Shown here: positions 11,121 through 25,967 of the stretch, in pieces
Position numbering within the stretch: the stretch's first letter is position 1
How the letters are laid out: each line of letters begins with the position of its first letter
Assembly (NCBI GenBank): GCA_003278165.1
Contig: QCGU01000002.1
Coordinates: 2,033-66,032 of the forward strand
Direction: 5' to 3'
Origin: Pelagibacteraceae bacterium AG-390-A02
Lineage (GTDB): Bacteria; Pseudomonadota; Alphaproteobacteria; Pelagibacterales; Pelagibacteraceae
Length of the DNA: 64,000 bases
Position numbers and translations under genes: made by a program
Notes under the pieces: model-generated
What the model saw: only the letters and a program-made list of their open reading frames with translations
Databases searched by the model: none
Told to the model about the DNA's origin: nothing

Positions 11121-11327
11121 ATGCCAAAATTAAAAACAAAAAGCTCAGCAAAAAAAAGATTTAAAATATCAGCTAAGGGTAAAGTTATATCTGCTCAAGC
11201 AGGTAAAAGACATGGTATGATTAAACGAACGAATTCACAAATTAGAAAATTAAGAGGCACTACAACTTTGTCTAAACAAGATGGCAAAATTGTTAAATCA
11301 TACATGCCTTACAGTTTAAGAGGGTAA
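11121..11327 (+). CDS. rpmI: 50S ribosomal protein L35
   Basis: [15 protein letters not shown]; infC-rpmI-rplT synteny. Confidence 0.96.
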   Translation: MPKLKTKSSAKKRFKISAKGKVISAQAGKRHGMIKRTNSQIRKLRGTTTLSKQDGKIVKSYMPYSLRG

Positions 11328-11329
11328 CA

Positions 11330-11686
11330 ATGGCAAGAGTTAAAAGAGGCGTAACAAGTAAAGCAAAACATAAAAAAGTTTTGAAAGCCGTAAAAGGTCA
11401 GTGGGGCAGAAGAAAAAATACTATCAGAGTTGCTAAACAGGCTATGGAGAAATCCATGCAGTATGCTTACAGAGATAGAAGAAATAAAAAAAGAGATTTC
11501 AAATCATTATGGATACAAAGAATTAATGCTGGTGTGAGAGCAGAGGGTATGACTTATTCAAAATTCATCAATGGTTTAAGTAAATGTGGTGTTGCAATAG
11601 ATAGAAAAATTTTAGCTGAAATTGCTTACGATAGTCCAGAAGCATTTAAAACAATTGTACAAAAAGCTCAATCCGCTTTAAATTAA
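11330..11686 (+). CDS. rplT: 50S ribosomal protein L20
   Basis: MARVKRG...[22 protein letters not shown]. Confidence 0.98.
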   Translation: MARVKRGVTSKAKHKKVLKAVKGQWGRRKNTIRVAKQAMEKSMQYAYRDRRNKKRDFKSLWIQRINAGVRAEGMTYSKFINGLSKCGVAIDRKILAEIAYDSPEAFKTIVQKAQSALN

Positions 11687-11726
11687 TCTCTATTGTTTTT
11701 ATTTCTTAAGGAAATAATCTACTAAT

Positions 11727-12794
11727 ATGTCAGACATAAAAAATATTAGAGATCAATTTGTATCAAAGCTTAAAAATGAATTAAGCTTAGATGAAATCAA
11801 TTCAATCAAAACAGAGTTGTTTGGTAAAAATGGTCAAATTTCATCTTTATTCAAAACTGTAGGATCAATACCAGAGTCTGATAGAAAAAAATTTGCAGCT
11901 GATTTAAATAAAATAAAGGATGAACTTCAATCTTTGATTTTGGAAAAGATTAAAGAAATTGAGACAAAAGAAATTAATCAAAAACTTGAAAAAGAAAGAG
12001 TTGATATAACTTTACCGGGAAGACCTTTTGTTAGAGGAAAAATTCATCCTGTATCTCAAACAATAGATGAGATTTCATCTATATTTTCAGAAATAGGTTT
12101 TAGTGTTGAAGAAGGACCAGATGTAGAAAATGAATTTAATAATTTTACTGCACTAAACACTCCAGATAATCACCCAGCTCGTGACATGCATGATACTTTT
12201 TATTTAGACGAAAATAAGGAAGTTTTGTTAAGAACGCACACTTCACCGGTTCAAATTAGAACTATGTTAAAGGATAAACCGCCATTTAAAATTATTGCTC
12301 CAGGCAGAACATATAGATCAGATAGTGATCAAACACATGCACCAATGTTCCATCAGGTTGAGGGCCTTCATATAGATAAAAATATTAACATGGGTCATTT
12401 AAAGGGATGTTTAAATTATTTCATTAAAGAGTTCTTTGAGGTGGAAAAAATCAAAATGAGATTTAGACCAAGTCATTTTCCATTTACAGAACCATCTGCA
12501 GAAGTAGATATTGGTTACGAAATTAAAGATGGTAAAATTGTTATAGGAGAAGGGGATCAGTGGCTTGAAATTTTAGGATGTGGAATGGTTCATCCAAATG
12601 TTTTAAAAAACGTTAAAGTTGATCCTGCTAAATACCAAGGATATGCATTTGGCATAGGTATAGACAGGTTAGCTATGCTAAAATATGGTATTAATGATTT
12701 AAGAGCTTTCTTTGACTGTGATTATAGATGGTTAAATCACTTTGGATTTGATCCACTTGATGTACCCACAAATTATAGAGGTCTAAGTCGATGA
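11727..12794 (+). CDS. pheS: Phenylalanine--tRNA ligase alpha subunit
   Basis: [32 protein letters not shown]. Confidence 0.98.
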   Translation: MSDIKNIRDQFVSKLKNELSLDEINSIKTELFGKNGQISSLFKTVGSIPESDRKKFAADLNKIKDELQSLILEKIKEIETKEINQKLEKERVDITLPGRPFVRGKIHPVSQTIDEISSIFSEIGFSVEEGPDVENEFNNFTALNTPDNHPARDMHDTFYLDENKEVLLRTHTSPVQIRTMLKDKPPFKIIAPGRTYRSDSDQTHAPMFHQVEGLHIDKNINMGHLKGCLNYFIKEFFEVEKIKMRFRPSHFPFTEPSAEVDIGYEIKDGKIVIGEGDQWLEILGCGMVHPNVLKNVKVDPAKYQGYAFGIGIDRLAMLKYGINDLRAFFDCDYRWLNHFGFDPLDVPTNYRGLSR

Positions 12795-15199
12795 AGATAA
12801 CTTTTGATTGGTTAAAAGATCATTTATCTGTAAGTGATAAGGAAGAGAAGTTATTTGAGAAATTAACTGATATTGGACTTGAAGTTGAAAGTGTTGAAAA
12901 TTTATCTGAAGGTTTGGATTTATTCAAAATAGCAAAAATTTTAAAAACCGAAAAACATCCTAATGCAGACCGTTTAAAAGTTTGCGATGTTGATGTAGGT
13001 GAAAAAGAAATTAAGAAGGTCGTATGTGGTGCACCAAATGCTAGAGAAGGTTTAATCACTGTTTATGCTCCTCCTGGTGCGATTATTCCAAAAAATAAAA
13101 CAAAATTAGTTATAGCAAAAATTAGAGATGTTACATCTTATGGTATGCTTTGTTCTGAATCTGAACTCAATTTGTCTGAGGAAAGTGATGGAATTACTGA
13201 GCTTTCATCCTCAAAATACAACAAAAGTATTGGAAAAAGTTTTTTTACTCAATCTAGTTCTAATTTGATTGATTTATCAATCACACCTAACAGACCGGAC
13301 TGTCTTGGTGTTAGAGGAATAGCTAGAGATTTAGCAGCTTCAGGCTTTGGCAAATTAAAACAGATTAAAGAACAAAAAATAAAATCAAAAAAATCTCAAA
13401 CAATTAAAGTAAAAATTACAAATGAAAAAAAACAAGGATGTTTTTCTTTTGGAAGCTGTTTGGTAACAAATGTAAAAAATACTGAAAGCCCAAAGTGGCT
13501 AAAGGATAAATTAATTTCTATAGGTCAAAAACCTATTTCAGCAATTGTTGATATTACAAATTATGTAATGATTGATATTAATCGTCCATTACATGCTTAT
13601 GATGCAGATAAAATTGAAAAAGGAATAATTGTTAGAAACTCAAAATCTGGTGAAGAGTTTACAGCATTAGATAACAAAAACTATAAGCTTGAAGATGACA
13701 TGTGCGTTATAAGTGATGACAAAGGCGTGTTAGGACTAGGTGGTATCATCGGAGGCATAAGATCTGGAACAGAAATGGGCACACAAAATGTTTTAATCGA
13801 GTCAGCTTATTTTGATCCAAGATCAATTAGAAGAACTGCAAAAAGATTAAATATTGATACGGATGCAAAGTTTAGATTTGAAAGAGGAATAGACCAATTG
13901 TCAATTGAAGAAGGCTTAAATAAAGCAGCATTTTTAATTAAAGAAATTTGTGGTGGTGAAATTAGTAAGATTGATATCCAAAAAATTAGTACATTTAAAA
14001 ATCAAATAATTAAATTTGATCCAAATTCATTTGAAAAATTTACAGGTTTTAAAATTTTAACAAAAGATATGTTAAAAATTTTAGATAACCTAGGTTTTAC
14101 ATGCAAAAAAGATAAAAAAGTTTTTAAATTAACTATCCCTTCCTGGAGACCAGATATTACTCAGGAAATAGATGTTGTTGAGGAATTGGTAAGAATAGTT
14201 GGGTATGATAAAATAAAAATTGAAGAACCAATCAAAGAGAGAAAAAAATCTACTCTGACACAAACTCAAAAATTGTTTCATTTCCTCCAAAGATCTGTTG
14301 CCTCAAAAGGTTATTTGGAAGCAATTACTTGGTCTTTCACAGATGCAAAATATAATGATCATTTCAAAGGGCAAAATGATGAATTAAAAATTGTGAATCC
14401 TATAAGTTCAGAATTAGGAGTTTTGAGAAATTCAATATTTTCAAATTTAATTATGTATATGAGTAAAAATATAGATAGAGGATTTAAAGATTTATCTATT
14501 TTTGAAATAGGACCAACATTTTTTGGAAAGCAACCTGGTGAACAAAATATAGTAGTTGGTGGTTTAGCAGCTGGAAAAAAATCTCGTCTTTCTTGGTTAG
14601 AAAAAGAGAGAAATATTGATGTTTTTGATATTAAAAAAGATGTAGTTCAAACTTTAGTTGAAGCAGGTTACGATTCAGAAAAATTTTTTATTGATGATGA
14701 GACACCTGATTATTATCATCCAGGTAAATCTGGAAGATTGTTTTTAAATAGAGGTAAAGAAAGTGTAGCTGCATACTTTGGTGAAATTCACCCAAACATC
14801 ATTAAGAAAATAGATATGAAAACTGAGTCTTTAGTAGGTTTTGAAATATTTCTAGATAATTTAAAATTACCAAAAAAATCATTAAAAGATCAAAAAACAA
14901 AATATTCTGTTTCAGATTATCAAAAGTCAGAAAGGGATTTCGCTTTTATAGTTGATAAAAAAATTAATGTTCAGGATTTAGTTAATGTAATATCAAATGT
15001 TGATAAGAGTTTGATATCAAACATTAAAGTTTTTGATGTTTATGAGGGTGACAATATTCCACAAAACAAAAAATCAATTGCAATCAGTGTTACTATTCAA
15101 TCTCAAGAAAAAACCCTAAAAGATGCTGATTTAGAAGAAATCAATAAATTAATTATAGAAACAGTCGAAAATAAAACTGGCGCTAAAATTCGATCCTAA
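12791..15199 (+). CDS. pheT: Phenylalanine--tRNA ligase beta subunit
   Basis: [33 protein letters not shown]...EE, C-terminal ferredoxin-fold anticodon-binding domain. Confidence 0.97.
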   Translation: MKITFDWLKDHLSVSDKEEKLFEKLTDIGLEVESVENLSEGLDLFKIAKILKTEKHPNADRLKVCDVDVGEKEIKKVVCGAPNAREGLITVYAPPGAIIPKNKTKLVIAKIRDVTSYGMLCSESELNLSEESDGITELSSSKYNKSIGKSFFTQSSSNLIDLSITPNRPDCLGVRGIARDLAASGFGKLKQIKEQKIKSKKSQTIKVKITNEKKQGCFSFGSCLVTNVKNTESPKWLKDKLISIGQKPISAIVDITNYVMIDINRPLHAYDADKIEKGIIVRNSKSGEEFTALDNKNYKLEDDMCVISDDKGVLGLGGIIGGIRSGTEMGTQNVLIESAYFDPRSIRRTAKRLNIDTDAKFRFERGIDQLSIEEGLNKAAFLIKEICGGEISKIDIQKISTFKNQIIKFDPNSFEKFTGFKILTKDMLKILDNLGFTCKKDKKVFKLTIPSWRPDITQEIDVVEELVRIVGYDKIKIEEPIKERKKSTLTQTQKLFHFLQRSVASKGYLEAITWSFTDAKYNDHFKGQNDELKIVNPISSELGVLRNSIFSNLIMYMSKNIDRGFKDLSIFEIGPTFFGKQPGEQNIVVGGLAAGKKSRLSWLEKERNIDVFDIKKDVVQTLVEAGYDSEKFFIDDETPDYYHPGKSGRLFLNRGKESVAAYFGEIHPNIIKKIDMKTESLVGFEIFLDNLKLPKKSLKDQKTKYSVSDYQKSERDFAFIVDKKINVQDLVNVISNVDKSLISNIKVFDVYEGDNIPQNKKSIAISVTIQSQEKTLKDADLEEINKLIIETVENKTGAKIRS

Positions 15200-15204
15200 A
15201 GCCA

Positions 15205-17013
15205 ATGAGTTCAATCGATAATATAAGAAATTTTGCAATCATTGCACACATTGATCATGGAAAATCTACTATTGCAGACAGAATAATTCATAGTTGTGGT
15301 GGTTTGACTGAAAGAGAGATGAAGGCTCAAGTTTTAGACTCAATGGATATTGAACGAGAGAGAGGTATCACAATTAAAGCTCAAACAGTAAAACTAAATT
15401 ATAAAGCTAAAGACGGAAAAGAATATATTTTAAATATTATAGACACCCCAGGACATGTAGACTTTAGCTATGAGGTAAGCAGATCATTATATGCGTGTGA
15501 AGGTTCAATTTTAATTGTAGATAGCACACAAGGAGTTGAGGCCCAAACTTTAGCAAACGTTTATCAGGCATTAGATACAAATCATGAAATTGTACCAGTA
15601 TTAAATAAAGTAGATTTACCAGCTTCTGATTTAGAAAGAACAAAAAAGCAAATCGAGGAAGTTATTGGTATAGATACTGAGAATGCTATTCCATGTTCTG
15701 GAAAAACTGGTGAGGGAATCGGAGACATCTTAGAGCAAATTATAACGACTTTACCAGCACCAAAAGGTGAGAGTTCATCTAATTTAAAATGTTTACTAGT
15801 AGATAGTTGGTACGATACTTATTTAGGTGTTGTCATATTAGTTAGAGTTATTGATGGGAAACTTTCTAAACACATGAAGATCAAAATGATGTCTACAAAT
15901 CAAGAATATATTGTAGAAAAAGTTGGTGTTTTTACACCAAAGCCAGTTGATATCACTGAATTAAAAACAGGAGAAATAGGATTTATCACAACAGGGATTA
16001 AAGTGTTATCAGAGACAAAAGTTGGAGATACAATTTGTGACGCAACAAAACCATTAAAAGAAGCTTTACCAGGATTTAAACCAAGCAAACCAGTAGTATT
16101 TTGTGGATTATTTCCTGTGGATAGCTCAGAGTTTCAAAAATTGAAAGATGGTTTAGCAAAGTTACAATTAAATGATGCAAGCTTTTCTTTTGAACCAGAA
16201 TCATCTTCAGCTTTAGGTTTAGGATTTAGATGTGGGTTTTTAGGTTTACTCCATCTAGAAATTGTAACAGAACGACTTGAAAGAGAATTTGATGTTAATT
16301 TATTAACGACAACTCCTGGTGTAGTTTATAAAGTCCATTTGAATAATGGTGATACGATGGATTTACAAAATCCATCAAGCTTACCTGATCCTACATTAAT
16401 AAAATACATTGAAGAACCATGGATTAAGGCAACTATTATTACTCCAGATCAGTACTTAGGTTCAATAATTAAAATGTGTCAGGACAAAAGAGGAGTACAA
16501 ACCAACCTTAGCTATTCTGGTAATCGAGCAGTAGTAAATTATGAACTTCCCTTAAACGAAGTTGTGTTTGATTTTAATGATAGACTTAAGTCAATGACAA
16601 GTGGATATGCAAGTTTTGATTATGAAATAATTGAGCATAGAGAAGGTGATCTAGTGAAGCTTGGTATTTTAGTGAATGGTGAACCTGTTGATGCTTTAGC
16701 TATGATGATACATAAAGATTTTGCTCAAAAAACTGGGAGAGAAGTTTGTGAAAAACTAAAAGACCTAATTCCAAGACATAATTTTATGATTCCTGTGCAA
16801 GCTGCAATTGGAGGAAAAATTATTGCCAGAGAGACTATCAAAGGTTTTAAAAAAGATGTTTTAACAAAAATTCATGGTGGTGGAGCTACAGATAGAAAAA
16901 GAAAATTATTAGAAAAACAAAAAAAGGGGAAAGCTAGATCAAAACAATTTGGAAGAGTGGAAATACCTCAAGAGGCATTTATTGGTGTTCTTAAAATTTC
17001 AAAAGAAAAATAA
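15205..17013 (+). CDS. lepA: Elongation factor 4 (LepA)
   Basis: [44 protein letters not shown]. Confidence 0.98.
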   Translation: MSSIDNIRNFAIIAHIDHGKSTIADRIIHSCGGLTEREMKAQVLDSMDIERERGITIKAQTVKLNYKAKDGKEYILNIIDTPGHVDFSYEVSRSLYACEGSILIVDSTQGVEAQTLANVYQALDTNHEIVPVLNKVDLPASDLERTKKQIEEVIGIDTENAIPCSGKTGEGIGDILEQIITTLPAPKGESSSNLKCLLVDSWYDTYLGVVILVRVIDGKLSKHMKIKMMSTNQEYIVEKVGVFTPKPVDITELKTGEIGFITTGIKVLSETKVGDTICDATKPLKEALPGFKPSKPVVFCGLFPVDSSEFQKLKDGLAKLQLNDASFSFEPESSSALGLGFRCGFLGLLHLEIVTERLEREFDVNLLTTTPGVVYKVHLNNGDTMDLQNPSSLPDPTLIKYIEEPWIKATIITPDQYLGSIIKMCQDKRGVQTNLSYSGNRAVVNYELPLNEVVFDFNDRLKSMTSGYASFDYEIIEHREGDLVKLGILVNGEPVDALAMMIHKDFAQKTGREVCEKLKDLIPRHNFMIPVQAAIGGKIIARETIKGFKKDVLTKIHGGGATDRKRKLLEKQKKGKARSKQFGRVEIPQEAFIGVLKISKEK

Positions 17014-17015
17014 CT

Positions 17016-17105
17016 GGAGAGGTGGCCGAGTGGTTGAAGGCGCACGCTTGGAAAGCGTGTAAAGGAGCAATCCTTTCATGGGTTCGAATCCCATTCTCTC
17101 CGCCA
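17016..17105 (+). tRNA. tRNA-Ser(GGA)
   Basis: GGAGAGG...CTTGGAAAG anticodon arm, long variable arm, canonical GGTTCGAATCC T-arm, ends G-CCA; 90 nt. Confidence 0.96.
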
Positions 17106-17187
17106 TTAAATTTACTTTATTTTTCAACGATAATTTGAGCATTTAAATGCTAAATTGTTAAGATAAATCAGCAATTTTATTAAAAAA

Positions 17188-17196
17188 TGTTATAAT
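17188..17196 (+). promoter_or_regulatory. Extended -10 element upstream of gyrB
   Basis: TGTTATAAT (TGn-TATAAT) ending 24 nt before the ATG. Confidence 0.45.
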
Positions 17197-17199
17197 TAA

Positions 17200-19284
<2,085 letters not shown>

Positions 19285-19286
19285 AA

Positions 19287-20570
19287 ATGAAGTTTTTTGA
19301 AACTTCAAAGCACCACTCATTCAAAAAATCTACTTATATTACCTTAAGGTGGATTGGCATAATTGGACAGTTAATTGCAGTTAATTTTGTATACTTTATA
19401 CTAAATTTCAAATTTGATTTTATAACTTCTAATCTAGTTATATTTATTGGCATAATAAGTAATTTTTACTTAATTTTTATTTATCAAAAAACTCAATTAT
19501 CAGACAGATCAGCTTTAATTTTTTTAGTTATCGATATTTTGCAACTAGCTATATTACTTTATTTATCAGGTGGAATTGTTAATCCATTTGTTATTTTCAT
19601 AATTATTCCCAGTGTATTTTCATCTTCTAATTTAAGTTTTAGAACGAATACTTTGCTTGTATTATTAACAGCTTTTTCAATTATCTTTTTAACTTTTTAT
19701 TCAACAGAATTACCTTCTCCACTTAGTGATCATTTTCATGTAAGTCCTTATTATTATTACTCTATTCCAATCGCTTTGATTGTTGCGCTTGTTTTTTTGA
19801 ATTATTTTGCAATGACTTTTGGAACTCAGTCCAGGTTAAGAAAAGAAGCTCTAACTAAAATGGAAGAAGTGATGGCTAAGGAACATGAGCTACTATCCTT
19901 AGGTGGTCAAGCTGCTGCAGCTGCGCATTCTTTGGGAACACCTCTTTCAACTATAAAAATAATTACCCAAGAATTACTAAAACAATTTGAAGGTAACAAA
20001 GATTTAGAAAAAGATATCAATTTATTATCAAGTCAGGTTGAAAGATGTAATGAAATATTAAAAAAATTAACCTTAAATCCAGATGAAGAAGATGAATTTA
20101 TTGATAAGGATATTTCAATAAGAGATTATTTAAATGAAATTTTAAATTCATTTAAAGAGATAAGCACAAAGAAATTTATCTTTAATTTTGATCAAGATTC
20201 TAACTCAAAAAAAATAGTTAAATCTATAGAAATTGTCTATGGACTAAGAAATTTTATAGGTAATGCTAATAAATTTTCTGACGAAAATATTTTCATAAAT
20301 TTAAAGAGTGATAGTGAATTTACCGAAATAAGTGTAGAGGATGACGGTCCAGGATATCCAAAAGATATTTTGTCAAAAATAGGAGAACCGTATTTAAAAT
20401 CAAATAATCCTCAAGATAAATCAAAAACAGGGCTTGGTTTAGGTTTGTTTATAGGAAAAACATTATTGGAAAAAAATTTTGCTTCTGTAATATGTAGAAA
20501 CTCTAAAACAAGATCTGGTGCTGAAGTGATAATTAAATGGAGAAATAAAGATTTATTTAATATTCAATGA
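19287..20570 (+). CDS. regB: RegB/PrrB/ActS-family redox sensor histidine kinase
   Basis: LRW N-terminal motif, multiple TM helices, GGIVNPF quinone-binding motif, AAAAH.LGTPL H-box, ERC redox Cys, DDGPG and GLGLG boxes. Confidence 0.9.
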   Translation: MKFFETSKHHSFKKSTYITLRWIGIIGQLIAVNFVYFILNFKFDFITSNLVIFIGIISNFYLIFIYQKTQLSDRSALIFLVIDILQLAILLYLSGGIVNPFVIFIIIPSVFSSSNLSFRTNTLLVLLTAFSIIFLTFYSTELPSPLSDHFHVSPYYYYSIPIALIVALVFLNYFAMTFGTQSRLRKEALTKMEEVMAKEHELLSLGGQAAAAAHSLGTPLSTIKIITQELLKQFEGNKDLEKDINLLSSQVERCNEILKKLTLNPDEEDEFIDKDISIRDYLNEILNSFKEISTKKFIFNFDQDSNSKKIVKSIEIVYGLRNFIGNANKFSDENIFINLKSDSEFTEISVEDDGPGYPKDILSKIGEPYLKSNNPQDKSKTGLGLGLFIGKTLLEKNFASVICRNSKTRSGAEVIIKWRNKDLFNIQ

Positions 20571-22363
20571 AATTTTTTCTTTGTTTCGAACAAGGAGCTA
20601 AGTTGAGATATCATCACATCACCTAATTCATTTACATCAGTAATTTTTATAGCTCTATCATAATATCTTGAAACATCATGACCAATACCAATCGCTAAAA
20701 TTTCAATATCAGATTTATTCTCAATAAATTTGACCATTTTCTTTAAATGTTTTTCTAAAAAGTCTCCTGAATTTACTGAAAGTGTTGAATCGTCAACTGG
20801 AGCTCCATCAGAAATTACCATCAAAATCTTTCTTTCTTCTTTTCTTTTTTTAATCCTGTTGTATGCCCAAGATATAGCTTCTCCATCAATATTTTCTTTT
20901 AACAAACCTTCTTTTAACATCAAACCTAAATTATTTTTTGCCTGTCTCCAATGTGTATCTGCACCTTTATAAATTATATGTCTTAGATCGTTAAGTCTCC
21001 CAGGTGTTTTTGGTTTTGAATTTTTAGTCCAAAATTCTCTACTTTGTCCGCCTTTCCAGTTTTTTGTGGTAAATCCTAAAATCTCTACTTTGACCGAACA
21101 TCTTTCGAGTGTTCTTGATAGGATATCTGCACAAATAGCAGCTATCGTTATTGGTCTCCCTCTCATAGAACCAGAATTATCAATAAGCAAAGTTACAACT
21201 GTGTCTTTAAAGTCTAGATCTTTTTCTTTTTTAAATGATAAAGAGTTATATGGATCCATTATTATTCTAGGTAACTTTGAACTATCAAGTAAACCTTCTT
21301 CTAAATCAAACTCCCAAGCCCTATTTTGTTTTGCAAGTAATTGTCTTTGAAGTTTATTGGCTAACTTTGTAATCACATCTTGGAAACCAATTAACTGTTG
21401 ATCTAAATTTTTTCTAAGTTTAGTTGCCTCATCTGCATTTTCTAGATTTTCAGCCTTAACAACCTCGTCGTATTGAGTAGTAAATATTTTGTAATCAAGA
21501 TTTATATTATCAATTTTTTTTTGAATTACCTGTTCAGAGTTTTGTTCATCAGACTCAACATCAGATAACTGTTCATCTAAATTAAACTCGTCTATACTAT
21601 AATCAGCATCTACAGATGCTTCTGTTTGCTGTTCATCATTTTCATCTTTGTTATCTTCATTGTCTTTATTTTGGTCATCATTTGAGGGATTATCTTGACC
21701 CTGATCTTGATTTTCTTCTTCCTCCTGATCTTCTTCATCACTTTGAAAAATATCCATTTCTTCCAATATTTCAGAAAATTTTAAACTATATGTATTTTGA
21801 TTTTCTAAATTATTTAGCAAAAAATCTTTATGTTGCTTTATTGATTGCTCAAAATCTTTTTCCCAAAAATTAAGCATTTTAGATGTTAAAGGATTTAGAT
21901 CTATATTATGAAAGTTTTTAAGCATATAAAGCTCAAATGCTTCAGCAACAGAAACGTCTTCTTTAGTTTTAAGCTGATCTTTTCTTTTACGATTAATTAT
22001 TTGGGAATAGTTTTCAGAAAAATTTTTTTGAATTCCTTTTAACATTTTACCCCCTAGGGCTTCATATCTAATCTTTTCAGCTATATTATATAAAGATCTA
22101 GAAGATGTGTTGGTAGGCAAATTTTTCCTATAAATTTTTTCATCTGAAAATCTTTTTTTAAGTGCCGAAGAGTCTGTTTCAGCTCTTAATTTTATAAAAT
22201 CACTAGGACTAGTTAGATCATTTATTTCAAAAGATGAAGTGTCTTTAGTCATTTTATCTTCAGAGGATTTATTGTTTATATCAATATCGTCAGCAATAAC
22301 TTTTGCTGTTGAAGATAAAGCAATTCTAAATTTTTCTTTTAAATTTGTCTCTTTATTGCTCAT
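20564..22363 (-). CDS. cobT: CobT-family VWA-domain protein
   Basis: Acidic linker, [26 protein letters not shown] motif, [21 protein letters not shown]. Confidence 0.92.
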   Translation of the reverse strand: MSNKETNLKEKFRIALSSTAKVIADDIDINNKSSEDKMTKDTSSFEINDLTSPSDFIKLRAETDSSALKKRFSDEKIYRKNLPTNTSSRSLYNIAEKIRYEALGGKMLKGIQKNFSENYSQIINRKRKDQLKTKEDVSVAEAFELYMLKNFHNIDLNPLTSKMLNFWEKDFEQSIKQHKDFLLNNLENQNTYSLKFSEILEEMDIFQSDEEDQEEEENQDQGQDNPSNDDQNKDNEDNKDENDEQQTEASVDADYSIDEFNLDEQLSDVESDEQNSEQVIQKKIDNINLDYKIFTTQYDEVVKAENLENADEATKLRKNLDQQLIGFQDVITKLANKLQRQLLAKQNRAWEFDLEEGLLDSSKLPRIIMDPYNSLSFKKEKDLDFKDTVVTLLIDNSGSMRGRPITIAAICADILSRTLERCSVKVEILGFTTKNWKGGQSREFWTKNSKPKTPGRLNDLRHIIYKGADTHWRQAKNNLGLMLKEGLLKENIDGEAISWAYNRIKKRKEERKILMVISDGAPVDDSTLSVNSGDFLEKHLKKMVKFIENKSDIEILAIGIGHDVSRYYDRAIKITDVNELGDVMISQLSSLFETKKKFH

Positions 22364-23338
22364 TTAAATTTGAATATTGATCAAAGATTCAGGCAACTCT
22401 TCACCAAAACATCTTTGATAATATTCTGCGATCGTATTTTTTTCAATATCATCGCACTTATTTAAAAAGGTTACTCTAAAAGCATAACCAGTATCTTTAA
22501 AAATTTCAGAATTTTCAGCCCAGTGAAGAACTGTTCTTGGACTCATTACAGTAGAGATATCTCCAGCAATAAAACCCTTTCTGGTTAAGGATGCTACTTT
22601 AATCATGTTAGCTACTTTTTCTTTTCCCTTAGCGTTATTTAAATTTTTATTTTTTGATAAAACTATATCCATTTCTCTATCTAGACTTAGATAGTTTAAT
22701 GTTGTTACTATATTCCATCTATCCATTTGACCTTGGTTAATCTGTTGTGTTCCATGATAAAGTCCACTGGTATCTCCAAGTCCAACAGTGTTAGATGTAG
22801 CAAATAATCTAAAATATTTATTTTGACTAATTACTTTATTTTTATCTAGCAAAGTGAAATTTCCTTCAGCCTCTAATACTCTTTGAATAACGAACATAAC
22901 ATCAGGTCTTCCAGCATCATACTCATCGAATACTAAAGCAACTGGATTCTGAATTGACCATGGTAGAATACCTTCATTAAACTGTGTTACTTGTTTTCCA
23001 TCTTTAAGGACAATTGCATCTTTACCTATTAGATCTATTCTACTTACGTGACTGTCTAAATTTACACGAATACAAGGCCAGTTTAGTCTTGCAGCAATTT
23101 GTTCTATATGTGTTGATTTTCCAGTTCCATGATATCCTTGAACCAATACTCTTTTATTAAACGCAAACCCTGAAATGATTGCAAGAGTAGTATCTCTATC
23201 AAATTTATAATTTTTATCTATTTCAGGAACATATTCACTTTTTTTTGAAAAAGCATCCACCTCCATTTCAGAATCTATTCCAAAGGATTGTTTTAAAGAA
23301 ATTTTTATATCAGGTTGAATGTTAAGATTTGGTGTCAA
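22364..23338 (-). CDS. cobS: CobS-family MoxR-like AAA+ ATPase
   Basis: [13 protein letters not shown] Walker [12 protein letters not shown] Walker B, TVMSPRTV. Confidence 0.93.
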   Translation of the reverse strand: MTPNLNIQPDIKISLKQSFGIDSEMEVDAFSKKSEYVPEIDKNYKFDRDTTLAIISGFAFNKRVLVQGYHGTGKSTHIEQIAARLNWPCIRVNLDSHVSRIDLIGKDAIVLKDGKQVTQFNEGILPWSIQNPVALVFDEYDAGRPDVMFVIQRVLEAEGNFTLLDKNKVISQNKYFRLFATSNTVGLGDTSGLYHGTQQINQGQMDRWNIVTTLNYLSLDREMDIVLSKNKNLNNAKGKEKVANMIKVASLTRKGFIAGDISTVMSPRTVLHWAENSEIFKDTGYAFRVTFLNKCDDIEKNTIAEYYQRCFGEELPESLINIQI

Positions 23339-23855
23339 TTTTTTCCCTATAAGTATTTTTTAGCTGTGTGTAAGCTAAAGTTATTAGTTTTAATTTTTCC
23401 TCGTATTTTTTATTTCCGGCATTCATATCAGGGTGAAATTTTTTAACAAGCACTTTGAATTTTTCTTGTATTTTTTGCCACTTTAAACCTACTGTTATTC
23501 CCAATATTCCAAATGCTTTAATATCTTTATGATCAAATTTAAATTGACGCATATGGTTATAATCTCCATTAAATTTATCTTTATCAAATTCATCCTTTAA
23601 AGTTGTGTTCCATAGAACTTTAAAAAAATTATCCGAGGAACTAAAGTTTTGTGTAGGTTTATGCCAAGTCATATCTGACTTTAAAAAATTGATTACTTGA
23701 TTGTCACTCATACCTGAAAAATAATTCCAGTTTTTGTTAAATTCTTTAACATGTTCTAAACAGAGCATTCTATATTTTCTGCTATTATCCTTCTCAATTG
23801 GTGCCCTATATTCACCAATTTCATTACAATTATTCCAGTCACAAATATTTTTCAT
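23322..23855 (-). CDS. J-domain (DnaJ-like) protein with N-terminal Cys/His motif
   Basis: CDWNNC...[14 protein letters not shown]-terminus and KKFHPD J-domain motif; usual neighbour of cobS and bolA. Confidence 0.88.
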   Translation of the reverse strand: MKNICDWNNCNEIGEYRAPIEKDNSRKYRMLCLEHVKEFNKNWNYFSGMSDNQVINFLKSDMTWHKPTQNFSSSDNFFKVLWNTTLKDEFDKDKFNGDYNHMRQFKFDHKDIKAFGILGITVGLKWQKIQEKFKVLVKKFHPDMNAGNKKYEEKLKLITLAYTQLKNTYREKIDTKS

Positions 23856-23872
23856 GATATAATAATTACTAT

Positions 23873-24133
23873 ATGGATATTAATGAATTAATTGCAATTA
23901 TAAAAAAAAAATTATCAGATCAAATAAATATTCAAAATATAGAAATCGAAGATAAATCTTTCCTTCATAAAAATCACAAAGGTAATCAAGAGGGCAAATA
24001 TCATTTAAAATTAAATATTGTTTCAGATGAGCTAAAAAATATGAATAGAATTGAAAGTAATAAAAAAATTTACAAAGTATTAGATAAAGAGCTAAAAGAA
24101 ACTATCCACTCAATTCAAATTCAGCTATCTTAA
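23873..24133 (+). CDS. bolA: BolA family protein
   Basis: IEDKSFLHKNH, IVSDE...R, IHSIQI; divergent from the J-domain gene. Confidence 0.85.
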   Translation: MDINELIAIIKKKLSDQINIQNIEIEDKSFLHKNHKGNQEGKYHLKLNIVSDELKNMNRIESNKKIYKVLDKELKETIHSIQIQLS

Positions 24134-25228
24134 GTAATCGTTAAAAAATTTTTTTATTCTTTCTTTTGAATATTCATTATTTATCTGTGGAGATCCAATT
24201 TTTTTCAACAATACTAAATTAATTTTTTGGGATTTATTTTTTTTATCCTTTGCCATGAAATATAATATTCTATTTAAATTTTTTTTTGTAAAAAATTTAT
24301 TAACAGATATTGATAGATTTAATTTATTGACATGATTTAATATTAGATTGTAATCCCTTTTTTCAAGCATTTTTAAACTTAGGCTTAAACTCAACGCAGT
24401 TTTCATACCCAAAATTACTGCCTCACCATGATTTAATTTTTTACTGTAATTTAAACTCGCTTCATAAGCATGAGCAAATGTATGTCCAAAATTTAGAACT
24501 TTTCTTAAATGTTTTTCTTTCTCGTCTTTTTCAACTACATTCTTTTTAATTTTGCAGCTTTCATAAATCGCTTTTTCAATAAATGGAGAAGTCAGTTGAG
24601 TAATTTTACTTACATTTTTATTCAAAAATTTAAAAAAATTTTTATCTCTAATTAAAGAATGTTTTAAAATTTCACCATATCCACAAATTATCTCTCTTTT
24701 TGGAAGCGACTTAAGAAAATCAACATCTGATATAACTAAGTTTGGTTGATAAAAACTACCAATCAGGTTTTTTCCATAATTTGAATTTATACCAGTTTTA
24801 CCACCTATCGAAGAGTCTACTTGGGATAAAAGTGTTGTTGGTATATTTATAAATTTCATACCTCTTTTAAAGATACTAGATGCAAAACCACTTACATCAC
24901 CTGTAATACCTCCGCCTATTGAAATTAAGCAGTCATCTCTAGAGAAGTTTTTATTTAATAAAATTTCTAGAATTTTATTTATAATACCAAAGCTTTTATT
25001 GGTCTCGCTGGCACTAAAAAAACATATATTTATTTTCTTTTTTTTTAATGAGTTTTTTATTTTAGTGATAAATTTTTTTGGCACATTTTTATCAACTACG
25101 AGAAGACATTGATTAAATGTTAAAGAATTATTTTTAATTATTTTTGAAAAGTTAGTAATTAAATTTGATCCAATTATTATTGGATATTTTTGTGTTTTTG
25201 TTTCAATTTTTAATTTAATTGGTTTCAT
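24125..25228 (-). CDS. aroB: 3-dehydroquinate synthase
   Basis: GGGITGD, PTTLLSQVDSSIGGKTG, LNFGHTFAHA, HGEAV. Confidence 0.96.
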   Translation of the reverse strand: MKPIKLKIETKTQKYPIIIGSNLITNFSKIIKNNSLTFNQCLLVVDKNVPKKFITKIKNSLKKKKINICFFSASETNKSFGIINKILEILLNKNFSRDDCLISIGGGITGDVSGFASSIFKRGMKFINIPTTLLSQVDSSIGGKTGINSNYGKNLIGSFYQPNLVISDVDFLKSLPKREIICGYGEILKHSLIRDKNFFKFLNKNVSKITQLTSPFIEKAIYESCKIKKNVVEKDEKEKHLRKVLNFGHTFAHAYEASLNYSKKLNHGEAVILGMKTALSLSLSLKMLEKRDYNLILNHVNKLNLSISVNKFFTKKNLNRILYFMAKDKKNKSQKINLVLLKKIGSPQINNEYSKERIKKFFNDYLR

Positions 25229-25727
25229 AAATTTCTTTAATTTTGCCTACGATTTCATTTTTTGTGAGATTATCACATTTGATTTCATATAATGCTTTAG
25301 AATAAATGTTAGTTCTTTTTTTGATTAAATCAATTAAATCGCTATCTGTAGCATTAATTGTCAAAGGTCTTTTTTTGCTATTTTTAATTCTTTCGATTAA
25401 AATTTTTTCATCCCAATTTAACCAAAATGAATGATGATTTTTTAAAACCTCATTTCTTATATTTTTGTTGGCAAAAGCACCCCCTCCTAGAGAGACTACA
25501 GTAGAATTAAGTTTTAATTTTTTTAGTGTAGTTTTTTCTTCAATTTTTCTAAAATATTCTTCTCCTTTAGTTTCAAATATTTTTCTAATTGTTGTATTTA
25601 AATTTTTCTCAATTTCTTTATCTATATCTACAAAATTTAATTTAAATTTTTTGGCAACCAAAGAGCCTATAGAACTCTTTCCAGAACCCATCATACCTAA
25701 AAAAACAAGATTTTTTTTTGATTTCAT
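25215..25727 (-). CDS. aroK: Shikimate kinase
   Basis: GMMGSGKSS P-loop, GEEYFR.E, SLGGG, RPL. Start at ATG 25727 (MKSKKNLV) preferred over 25790. Confidence 0.93.
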   Translation of the reverse strand: MKSKKNLVFLGMMGSGKSSIGSLVAKKFKLNFVDIDKEIEKNLNTTIRKIFETKGEEYFRKIEEKTTLKKLKLNSTVVSLGGGAFANKNIRNEVLKNHHSFWLNWDEKILIERIKNSKKRPLTINATDSDLIDLIKKRTNIYSKALYEIKCDNLTKNEIVGKIKEIYETN

Positions 25728-25784
25728 AAGTTTAAATATTGAAAAAACACAAATATGTCTTAATTTGAAATTAACTAAAGTTAT

Positions 25785-25967
25785 ATGCAATTCAACAAAA
25801 ATACAAGTTCGAGCAAAAAAAGTATAATTGGACTAGTTGTTAAATCTATTTTTGGACTAGTATTAGTTCTTGGTGTTGTTTTCATTCTTAATTCAATTGA
25901 TTTTCCTGCCCCTAAAAAGGAAATAGAAAAAATTATTCCAAATGAAAATTTTAAAATTGTTAAATAA
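25785..25967 (+). CDS. Small single-TM hypothetical protein
   Basis: 60 aa with a hydrophobic segment and PAP...IEKIIPNE tail, typical of the small gene divergent from aroK in alphaproteobacteria. Confidence 0.65.
   Translation: MQFNKNTSSSKKSIIGLVVKSIFGLVLVLGVVFILNSIDFPAPKKEIEKIIPNENFKIVK

Noticed and set aside
11687-11726. TATTTC-TTAAG-GAAATA hairpin before pheS as a possible Phe attenuator
   Set aside because: No leader ORF fits in the 40-nt gap, and the stem is weak and AU-rich.
21590-21745. Low-complexity acidic D/E/N/Q stretch
   Set aside because: This is the normal acidic linker of CobT-family proteins, not a repeat element.
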